NCBI GenBank assembly: GCA_002269645.1 | Contig: NIVC01002552.1 | Coordinates: forward strand, 62,001-126,000 | DNA: 64,000 nt | Source: Macrostomum lignano | Lineage: Eukaryota | Direction of reading: 5' to 3' | In this document: positions 1 through 15,089 of the stretch, one piece after another | Numbering within the stretch: position 1 is the stretch's first letter | Layout: every line of letters begins with the position of its first letter | The notes under the pieces: generated by a model | The model's database searches: none | What the model saw: the letters and a program-made list of their open reading frames with translations, nothing else | What the model was told of the DNA's origin: nothing | Translations under genes and position numbers: made by a program

Positions 1-144
1 CCGGACGACATCGAGGCTGCCATTTGGTGCCGAGGCGCTGACGAACAGGCGACGGAGCTTCTGTGAGGTCAGCAGTTCGTGTACCTCGGCGGTCTGGTTC
101 CCGGCGTCCGCGAGGATCTGCGGCGTCGCCGCGGGTTAGCCTGA
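1..144 (+). mobile_element. Degenerate RTE-like non-LTR retrotransposon fragment (end of RT domain), truncated by the window edge
   Basis: Frame 1 reads ...ATELL*GQQFVYLGGLVPGVREDLRRRRGLA*. The F-x-YLG motif followed by 'RR..LA(W)' is typical of the RT C-terminus of RTE-clade LINEs. Two in-frame stops. Confidence 0.55.
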
Positions 145-1977
145 GGCCCTGACCGCCTATCGTCCCGCCGGCCTGCCCCGACCAAGCGACCTGTTGCGCC
201 GGTTGCAGCCGGTGTTAGGCTTTCTGTTCACCGGGGTCTTAATTTGTCCGGGGGACATCGCAAAGCAAAATTATTGTCGCTTTGCGATAACCTACCCTGG
301 ATAATCCAAGGCACAACAAAATCGGGCTTTGAAATATCCTAGGTCTTGAATTGTCCGGGGTGAATAAAGATTGGGGTGGCAAGTTAGTCAAATTAGCTCG
401 TATTTACAGGATAAGGCGCATGTGAATGCGTGGGGCAGAATGACAACATTAAGCGAGAATGGGACTGACTCAGAGTGCTTGGGAGGGGCGGATAAGATGC
501 AGTCTAAGAATAAATCGATAATAGACTGTCGTTAAATGTACCCGCACAAGCGTACATGCCATGAATATCAGTGTACGAGCTAATAGCCCGAAATTAATGT
601 TGGCGCAAATTATAATACACATTATTTTCAGATAGTTGGAAAATATTTCTTGTCCAAGTCCTACGTAATCGTTTTTAGCGACGAGCATGCTGAGCTGCCG
701 GAACATTCCAGTACAAAAGAGAGAGATAATCTGCAGAAGACGTCTACCGCATCATCAAATGCAATAATACTTATCAGCTGGCTGGTTTCTCAAAACATGA
801 AAACGGAAAGCATCTCAATCAAAGCATCGGAAGAAGGCTGTGGCTCATCACGCTTCAATCAGCGGATCGCCAGTTTTTGATTTATCGAATTAGATTGGTG
901 AATGGAGTAACAGACAGCTTTTCGGTTGACAATATGAGCTTTGATTTTAGTTCTTTTTGGAGTGTGTGAAGCGCGAAATTGTTATTGAAACATACACCGT
1001 TAAATAAGCATGACGCAGATGTTTGCCATTGAAAAAGTAGCAAAAAGTTATTTTCTAATTTGCGAAAAGTGATGTCGAAATTTTGCTATTTCTAGCCCCG
1101 GATATCAGTAGCCGGATGTCCTAAGGCAAACCTCTGTCTCCGCAGGCTGACCCCTCTCTTTCAACCTACAGTCGGATGTCCCAAGACAACTTCCCCTTCT
1201 TGTGGTCTCCGGGCCGGATAGCAGAGTCAGTGCCGTAGGATGTCCGGGAGAGACATCTCAAAGTGCCCGGACAATGCAAAGCAGCTCAAGATATCCGGGA
1301 AGGACAAAACAAAGCAGGTTTTTTGCTTGGCAGTATCCGGGCAGATATCGTAAGTGCGTTCGGATATCCGGGCCAGACAAAAAAACCCGGATAGTCTAAA
1401 GTGTAACACCGGTGCAGGAGCTGCTGCTGACCCTGCAGGCGCCCTACCGGCGAGGAAAAGCGCGCACTCGACGTCAGCGACCTGCGTCACGTCACCGACG
1501 TCACTGATGTGAATCGCTCTAACATCAATACGTGCCGATTGATTCACAACTCCATTACTGATTTCCTTAGAGATTCGCTCTTCAGTTTCTCTGCGCTCCA
1601 TAATCAGACAAAATCAGCTCATACGGCTGTTCAGTTTATTCGCGAGTCGCTCTTTTTACGCAGAATTTTCGCAGACCGCCTGCTATTAGTAGGGCATGCA
1701 GCACATTTTTAATAACGACAGTTTTGGCGAACTGCAAGAAACTCAAAATGCCTTGAATTGGTGGCAATAACAATACAGCAGAGCTCTGAGAACTATTCTT
1801 CAAGAAGCCGATCTCGAAGTTGCCGAGAGTCTGTCGGGCTGAAGATGAATAATAAATCCACTAGAGTCGTTGGGGACTCCAGCGCCACGTTTTGGTACTT
1901 GGGAATTGTTGAATATATGGAGTAAAATTGCTATAATAATGATAATAATAAGTTACACCTGCCCTAATAGACAGATA

Positions 1978-2217
1978 TGCAACCGACAGCTCAGCCGCAG
2001 CTATTGCGCTGCTGCGCATCTGAAGGCTGCGCACGGCTGTTCAGTCCCAGGACTTGGGGGGTCGCCACACACAGCCTCAATTACCCCAGCTAATGCTGGC
2101 GCCCATTTTACAGCTGGGTGAACTGAAGCAATGCAGAGTTAAGTATCTTGCTCAAAGACACAAATTTTTACGAGTGGGTTGAGAATCGAACCCCCGACCT
2201 TTCAGTCGTGAGTCCTA
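1978..2217 (-). mobile_element. tRNA-derived CORE-like SINE, copy 1 (head truncated)
   Basis: Highly similar to 48376-48610 (shared CAGCTGGGTGAACTGAAGCAATGCAGAGTTAAG...CTCAA.GACACAAAT and AGAATCGAACCC.CGACCTT). The minus strand has the B box GGTTCGATTC and a MIR/CORE-like GTGTC(C/T)TTGAGC.AGA..CTTAAC tract. Confidence 0.7.
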
Positions 2218-2849
2218 CGGTAATTTCCATTCTTTCGAAAGAATGCACAGAGTGAGCGAAATAATTGAAAATCTGGCTTCAAAATATTGCATTAATAATT
2301 TGTCATCACAATGAACGGCTGGTTGATCCAGTGAAACAGAATGCAGACGCAAATCTTGCCAAACTCATGAGACCCGAGCCTACAGATCGCCACTCCTCAA
2401 TCGATGATAGAGAGGCCTAAGCCAGGAAAAAAGGAACTTTCGGCAGAAAAAATTTCCAACCCTGTCATCATTCCCAACCCCTCAATCCCTCTCTGATCCC
2501 ATCGCGCCCTTGCGAAAGCCGCTCAGACAGGGGGACGGGAAAATTCTGGGATCGGGGGTCCGGCAGCTCCCCCCTCCACACGATCGACATGTACTGTGCC
2601 CCTCCCCTGCTAAGCCTCCAAATCTCCCATAAATTCTATCCCCTTTGCTTGGAGATTTTCTTCCCCACCCCCGTTTTCCCCGCTCTTCACTGGCCGGCTC
2701 CGGGGGCGAAAATCCCCGCCGCCCCCGCGCCGCGGAGCCCGCGAGAAGAAAATCTCGCGCCAGCCGGCCAAGGACGGAGGAGCCGCGCGCAGCCAGCAGT
2801 TGCTCTGCCGGAGTCTCCGAAGCAGCTCAGCGAGTCTGTGCCAGCCAGC

Positions 2850-7740
<4,891 letters not shown>

Positions 7741-7864
7741 TTAATTGACACTGGGGTAGGTAGATTTGTACATCAGCAATCCGAGCAAGAGACTGCACTG
7801 TTTCTAGTATAAGAGGATGATTAACTTGGACATTTATAGGGCTTATTCTCGTACTTTGCTTGGA

Positions 7865-7902
7865 GCTCAGGCTCAGGCTCAGGCTCAGGATCAGGATCAG
7901 GA

Positions 7903-7937
<35 letters not shown>

Positions 7938-8094
7938 ATCAGGCTCAGGCTCAGGCTCAGGATCAGGCTCAGGCTCAGGCTCAGGATCAGGCTCAGGCTC
8001 AGGATCAGGCTCAGGCTCAGGCTCAGGCTCAGGATCAGGCTCAGGCTCAGGCTCAGGATCAGGCTCAGGCTCAGGATCAGGCTCAGGCTCAGGA

Positions 8095-8158
<64 letters not shown>
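7865..8158. repeat. (CAGGCT/CAGGAT)n hexamer repeat downstream of the Bcl-2 stop
   Basis: About 49 hexamer units. It explains the AQ/LS/RL-repeat ORFs. Confidence 0.97.
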
Positions 8159-9515
8159 AGCAGGCAATAAGTATGAATCTGTTATAGAAATACTCTATAG
8201 AAATACTCCACTTACGAGCTAAATATCCAATTTTTCATGGACCTGAAAAAGCAAACTGTATTTTATTTATTATACTTGTAAAGTACAAACGTACTTCTAC
8301 ATATTTCCAATGAGCTTATGCATTGTCTCGATTCACTGCATTGCATGTACTGTGCAAACCTGTAAGAACTCTTAGCTTAGTCCTGTAGTGATTTGTGAAC
8401 CCTTGTTAAAAAGTTGACAGCCATAGCAACGATAGTGTCTGATTTACTAGCATAAGATCAGCTTAATTAAATTATTTTCGTTTAACAACAATTTTAGTTG
8501 CAACCTGTTTCGTTTGAAATCAATAATTTTTTTAACCGTATCGAACAATGACCTCTTTCTCTCAGATCAAAGACCAGCTAAGTGTCAGCTTCTGCGTTAA
8601 TTAATTTTTGGAATGATTTTTATTAACACCTGCAGCCTAAAGTGATCAATCAATTTCATTTCTTCATCAAACTCATTCGAATTAAAAAGCTTTTTTAACT
8701 GGATTTGAAAGTGCAAATGGCTGCTCTTTTTGCTTTTGTAATTCGTTTTCAGTCCCCCCCCCAGTTGAGTCTGAGACATTTTCATATTCAGAATTATTCA
8801 TGCGGTCTTCACTGACTCGCAGTGCTCCCAGAACTCGAATTACTTTACTCTGAGTAGTATTTTTAGTTTTTGTACCGTTTTAGCTACCTCATTAGCTCTT
8901 TAGCCAGGGCAGTGCATTGTACATAGAGCGCATCGGGCACATCCCATCAGTAACAGCTGATTCAAATTTGCTTCTAAGAACATGAAGTCAATTCTCCCTT
9001 CCAGCATTAACTCTGCTACCTCCGACAGAAACTGCGATTTATAATTTGTTTTATCGTGTTTGAGCACAATTTAACCGCAAACTTTTCAATATGCACAATG
9101 CAGTACAATATACGCTAATTTTATCATTAAAGTTCCTTCTGGCGCGGAGGAGATGCCATTGTCGAGAAATAACATAAAAGCAGAAAACTGTTCTTGCAGC
9201 AGTTACTTCTTGACCTGATAAAAAGTAGCGTTGAAAACTCACCTTAACACCGCCTCACTTCAGCATTTATTTATTAAATAAGCAATTCGCTAGGTACAAA
9301 AGCTGATGCACTAGAAGCCTTTTTTAGCATTATGTACATCACTTGAGTTTCTGTGGAAAACTTAATAAGAAAACTAAGTATAGCAGAAGCAATCAATCAA
9401 GTGCAGAACTTTCCTTTTCTGCCAAAAACGCGGGGGAACAGCGAGTTCCCTCAACAAGAAAGTTGCGCTTCCTATCTCCCTAGAAGAAGAGCTGCTTGGA
9501 GCAGCAAAGTGGCAG

Positions 9516-11398
9516 CTACTTGGAATGAGTGTAAACAGACTGCCTGCGGTTCGCCTGGCCGGGCCGTTTCACCTCCAGCTCGTCCATAGTCCACAGGTCG
9601 ATGTAATTCCGGCGCAGCTTCTTCTTCTTGACGCTGGCGTCCCGCTGCCGCTTTACCATGAACTCCTTGGCGTCGCGGAAGAAGAACGGCGGGTAGGCGC
9701 GCCAGCCCAGGGCGACGCCATGGTGGCCGCCCTCATCGTCGGCGGTCATTCGCTGGTCGACCCGCTCAGCCGGAATCGTCTGCTGCTCTTGGTTCATCGT
9801 CTGCAGGCTGAGCTTCAGCCTGGCCGTCAGGTACTCGTTCTTCCAGTCGCAGTACTCCAGCGTGGTCACTCCCACGGTGTCGTCAATGTCGATGCGGTAT
9901 TTCAGCATCAGCTGGATGGCCTGTTCGACCGCGCCGCTCTCCCACAGGCCGGGCAGTTTAGTCTTGAACAGGTTCTGTGCAAACTGCTGCTGCCTGTCGT
10001 ACCTGCTGCCCGATGTGTGCAGGTAGGGTGGGAAGCACTTGTCCATGTCGTGGACGCCAACTAGGTAGTTCGGTATTGACCGCAGCATGACCTGCAGGTC
10101 GATGGGCTGGATGAACGGGCCGTCGATGAGCATGGACATGTAGTACGACAGGTTGACTGCCGGCTCCTTGGAGAATATGTAAACCAAGTTCGTGTCCACG
10201 AGGATGTCCATGACAAGCTGGACGATGCTGTGCTGCAGGGACTGGACATTTCTATCGGTGGCTTTCACGAGAAAGTACAAGAGCAAAGCGATGATGTTGT
10301 CATAATCGTAGATGGAAGTCTTGTGCGAGTTCTGCTCCACATAGTCAGAAGAGTTCAGCTCGTTCGAGTTGCAGATGGGCGAGATGTTGAGAAAGCGCTC
10401 CTCCAGACTGCTGTGAATGACGGCGCGGAACTCCGGGTTCATGGCTCGGGTGGTCTGAGCGACAAAGTAGCGATTAGATTGGAACATGCGCACGAAGGGC
10501 ACCACCTGGGGCAGGATTCGTAGCGGGTCCTTGCACAGAAACAGCTTGCAGAGCAGGCGCCTCGGGTAGGACCTGAACACGATCATCGCCCGCTCGTCCT
10601 GCGACGGCGACACCCAGGGCGCGTTGTAATAGCGACAGTTAATGGGCTGGAAGAACACCTTGTCCCGAGGTAGAAATTCTGATGCGCAGATTTGTTGAGC
10701 ATGTACACCATCATAGAGATCTTGGTGTAGGGCCGCTCGGTGAGCAGCTGCCAGGCGTACTCAAGCCAGTCGTTGAACTTTTTAGTGCAGTTGTAGTGTC
10801 TGCGGTAGTAAGATATTGTGAACTGGTTGCGGGGCGCCCAGGAGCCGAACTTAAACAGCAATGGAATGGCAAAGTAGGCCTCCCTGCGCATCATCACCAC
10901 GGGGATGCTGAAGGTCATCAGGTCGCCGAATGAGTGGTCGTGCACGTAGCTGGCGTACTGCGGGATGGAGACTTCGCTCAGAGCCTCGTAACTGAACTGA
11001 TTGTCCAGCTTGCCGACCCGGATCGGCGCCAGCACCTGCGCGATGGACTCGCACTTGAAGTACAGCGCCACAGCGAATATGTTGAGAAACAGGTAGGCCT
11101 TCTCGCTAAACATCGGCTTGTCCATCGGCGCTTTCGGATTGTAAAGCGATGGCCTGTCCAGGATTTGAAAGTACATGTACTTAAAGAAAATGTTCATGCG
11201 TTTCCTGGCCTTTAGAATGTTCACCAGAGGCGTTGGGTCGTCCGCCCGGACCCTGTTGATGATCCACATGGTGTTGGGGTGGTTGGCGGGGAAGTACGGC
11301 CTGATGGAGCTGTAGGTGTATTCACCCGACGAGGCTCCGAAGCCATCAACCTGGAGGCGGTAAACTTTCGGCTTCTGCAGCTTTCCGATGGCGTGCAT
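9516..11398 (-). CDS. Intronless uncharacterised protein (~627 aa) with weak ankyrin-like helical motifs; the two ORFs join with a +1 G at 10664-10666
   Basis: ORFs 10583-11398 and 9516-10658 overlap and share strong C/G third-position bias. Adding one G to the GGG run gives ...NFYLG-DKVFFQPIN. Motifs such as IFAVALYFKCESIAQVL, AIPLLFKFG and AIQLMLKYRIDID resemble ankyrin helices only loosely. Confidence 0.65.
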
Positions 11399-12129
11399 CT
11401 TTGGACGTGGAGTTGTTGATGAGGCGTTGCTTTGTGGATTTCCTCAATTCCCCACCTCTGAGTGAGTTGCCTCCTGAGCTAAGATTTGCCGGGAGGAACT
11501 TGAGAACTAAAGAGAGCGCTTTTTTACCAAGAGTTAATTATAAAATGCGACGGAATTTTACCATAGACGGACGTCTTCACGCTGGCGGTTGCAGAAACTG
11601 CTCCAGGGACAACTAGAACACTCTAAAACACTTTTAATTGTCCCTGAACTGCTCATTCAAGCCGGTCTTTTAGTCGAGAAGCTCCAACACTTTTTGCTCT
11701 TAGACCATCTTGAAGGTTGATGTCTGTGACATTAGCTAGTATTGTCCCCATTATAAATAAGCCCCCTTTGATAGGCTGATGTAATGTGGTAATAAGAAAT
11801 TTGCCTTTTTAGTGGTGCTTCTTTAGACTTTCAATGTTCGCCCATATTAGTTGGGTGTCTACTAAGTAAAAGAAATCACACTGTAAAAACTTGCACCTGG
11901 TCCAAGGACCAGGACAGGCAGTTTAGAAGTTGAATAAATAACATTGGGAGTTTGTATCTTTAGTTCAGACCACATGATACATCAACACCCCTGGTTCTCC
12001 CCAATAAATTATAAGATCTAATATTACCAGAAGGGTTGCGGTCGCAACGCCTTCTGCGACAACCAGCGGTGACGCAATTCTGCCCATCATGCGGATGCTG
12101 TACGCAGGCACGCACTCATAGATAGCTCG

Positions 12130-12560
12130 TGGGTAGAGACCTGGTCGCCGCGGCCGTGACTCCGTAGGCAGTGGCCCAGTAGCATCTGGCGGCGCCAGCG
12201 CAGGATAACGCTCAGGTCTGGAACGCCGGCGCGGGCCATCAGGTCTCTGGACGGCAACTGCTCGGGATAAGTGCACACCCAGGGCGTAGCGCAACAGGGA
12301 CCTGTAAAGCGCGTCCAGGGCTCGCTCTCGTGTGTCGGTCATCGGCACCGCTTCCATGCCGTACAGGAGGATCGGCTCAACGGCCACACGGAAGAGGCGC
12401 ACCTTCAGGCCGTCCCAAGCAGTAGAGTTGAAGGTGTTCCAGAGCAGGTGCGCCGCGCGCCACGCCTGATTCCTCCTGTCGGAGACGATCTAGTCCGGAC
12501 TCGTTGCAAGCGACCCGAGGTACCAGAAGTCCTCGCACACGGCGATGGCGTCTCCGTTGG
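12130..12560 (-). mobile_element. Degenerate RTE-like LINE fragment (post-RT C-terminal region)
   Basis: CEDFWYLGS...RRNQAWRA...KVRLFRVAVEPILLYGMEAVPMT...LYRSLLRYALGV, then a frameshift to ...LRWRRQMLLGHCLR. These are typical RTE C-terminal motifs, with an in-frame stop and a frameshift. Confidence 0.8.
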
Positions 12561-12926
12561 GTTGAGCTGTGTTTAAAAGTGAGGCATTTTGTACTCCGTG
12601 CCCATGGACAGCTGAAGCACAAGGACGCTGCATTCAATTTCCTTAGAAACGAGCTGGGAGTCGGCGAGGAACGTGTACTTTTCGTGTCGCCAGTGCATTT
12701 ATCGATAAGCCAAAAATGAATGTGGATGCGCACGGAATCAAACCAGGTATTTTAATTCTATCAAAGCCGCAAACCATTTAATGCACAGCTGGGAGTTCAA
12801 GAAGTCAGTAAAGCAAGTGAAGTAAGCACAGCTTCTAGCGAAGGATGAAGAACAACAAGCAGTTTTATTAAAAACAGGCAGTTACAAGGCAATCAATTTC
12901 CAGTCTGCAGGTTCAGCACGCCCGGC

Positions 12927-13232
12927 TCACACCAGACTGATGATTGGGCAAAAAGATTTGCAGATCTCGCGCAGCTTGCGGTATAGCGCCGTCTGGTCGA
13001 TGATGCCCTTGTCGTTAGCCTCGAAAGTGACGTCGTAGCCGCGGATGGACACCTCGAAGAGGCGCGGCTCGGCGGCCGACTCCAGCTGCACGCGGACCCA
13101 CACCGGGTGCAAGTCGGCGAAGTCGGCCAGGATGCGGTAGAACAGCTCCTTGCCGCGCTCGCGATAGTCCGAGCTGACGGTGATGGTCAGGCAGACTGGC
13201 GAGTAGGTCACCTGCAGATTCGCATTGAGCAT
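12927..13232 (-). CDS. Small thioredoxin-like Rdx (SelW/SelT/SelH/MIEN1-type) protein, 101 aa, SxxC variant
   Basis: VTYSPVC aligns with Rdx VEYCxxC/U. It is followed by YRERGKELFYRILADF, LFEVSIRG (cf. FEIEING/FEVMVAG) and a C-terminal helix. Strong GC3 bias, ATG start, no introns. Confidence 0.55.
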   Translation of the reverse strand: MLNANLQVTYSPVCLTITVSSDYRERGKELFYRILADFADLHPVWVRVQLESAAEPRLFEVSIRGYDVTFEANDKGIIDQTALYRKLREICKSFCPIISLV

Positions 13233-14039
13233 TTCGTTTATAATTCACTACCAACTCCGATAAAAACGGAGCAGGTGCTGTCTGGCGTTCTATCTTCGTG
13301 GCTTTGCCCTCGCGATCAAAAATGTAATATAAATTTATTGGAGAACTCCCGCCAAAGAGATCACAATGATAAGCTTGCGGATCTCCTCCTGGGGAGTCTT
13401 CAAAAGCAGATTGAGTCCCATCGGGAGAACGGAGATCGCTAAGTACAGTAGCAATGCTAAATTGGCTCCCAATGTCATAAATTTGGCACAACTTCTGCCG
13501 AAATAACGCTAGTAACGGGACCTCTGAGCCAAGTGAAGACCCTCAAAGAAGCGAGTGGCAGATGAAGCTGAGCTACAAAGGTGAGGTCCCCACAGCCTTC
13601 GCACATGTACAAGCTGTACACAGCCAATGCAATCTCCGGCATGCCCCAACCCTAACCCTGGTACATTAACCAGAGTCAGGGCGAGGCGATCTGTATGGCA
13701 CACTGGTGCGTTCTGCCACGCGCAGAATTGCCATATTTTGTGCCAACAAACCCTACCTGCAACTAAGAGCTTGGGCTTACCTGAAAATGATTGCGGTAAC
13801 ATTTGCTATGATACCCGGCGGTCATACTGTTTTGTAATTGTTCCAATTGTTCGAGTAATTGGCTGATGAGATTAACTTGGTTTCGGATTTGCAAAAATAG
13901 GATTCCAAATTCATTTAATTCCAACTAAACCGATGAAAAACTCTGGCTTGATTGGCCATAGACAAGCGTCTGAATCAGTACCGCAAATAATTGGTGAGAG
14001 ATGCACTTTGTTGGATCTGCATGTACAATGACCGATTGA

Positions 14040-14360
14040 GTCTACCTGAGAATCTGGGAGATTGGCAGCCCAATCCAACTGAAGATCTGGGAGTTGCCGA
14101 CTGATCTACTGAGGATCTGAGAGTTGCAACCTAATCTACCTGGGATCTGGGAGGGTACTGGCCACATAATCTACCTGGGATCTGGGAGGGTAGTGGCCGC
14201 ATAATCTACCTGGTATCTGGGAGGGTAGTGGCCGCATAATCTACCTGGGATCTGGCAGGGTAGCTGCCCGATCTACTCGAGGATCTGAAAGGGTAGTGGC
14301 TGCTTAATCTACCTGAGAACCTGGGAGGGTAGCTGCCCGATCTACCTGAGGATCTATAAG
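14040..14360. repeat. Degenerate ~30-33-bp minisatellite
   Basis: Repeated ATCTACCTG(G/A)GATCTGGGAGGGTAG(T/C)TG core. Confidence 0.85.
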
Positions 14361-14794
14361 TGCTCTTAAATTACCTGGCGGTTGGGAAACTAGCACATTA
14401 ATGCAACATATAAAAAGAGCTATGAGATGAAATCATAGAATATTTGAATCCAAAACAGACAATAGACAATCCAGTCTAACAGAAAGCAGACGGCCTGACA
14501 CGAGTGTGATATATTTTTCATGATTGATCAAATAGAAGGCAGAAGCCTCATTTCATTGCATTGCCACTGACTGGAAACCACACGAAAACTCAACAGGCGC
14601 AGTTCAAAGAGCAAAACTGCAACAGGTCTCTAGCCATGCTCAGACTTTCCCCACATAAAATCAAATAAAGTCAGAATTGTAATAAACTTTATCAATTCTT
14701 CTGTTAACAACTAAATTGAAAGAGTAAATACAAACCAACACCAATGCAGTGAGCTGATAGGAAAGACAAAACATAAATATTAAGGAAAATTCAG

Positions 14795-15005
14795 GCTCTG
14801 AGAGGCTGCCCCAGCAACTGAGGATCTGGGAGGCTGGCCCAGCAACTGAGGATCTGGGAGGCTGGCCCAGCAACTGAGGATCCGGGAGGCTGGCTCAGCA
14901 ACTGAGGATCCGGGAGGCTGGCCCAGCAACTGAGGATCCGGGAGGCTGGCCCAGCAACTGAGGATCCGGGAGGCTGGCCCAGCAACTAAGGATCTGAGAG
15001 GCTGG
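14795..15005. repeat. 28-bp minisatellite, ~7.5 copies, just downstream of the LCMT2 stop
   Basis: Unit GCTGGCCCAGCAACTGAGGAT(C)(C/T)GGGAG. Confidence 0.95.
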
Positions 15006-15089
15006 CTCAACAGCTGTGGATCTAGGAGAATGGCAGCTAAAACAGGGAAGAAGGTGCAAAAAATCCCAGAGCTCAGGCCGAGGCCGGTG

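Noticed and set aside
12570-12719. Protein-like + strand frame HGQLKHKDAAFNFLRNELGVGEERVLFVSPVH
   Set aside because: Too short, no start or splice context, no recognisable family.
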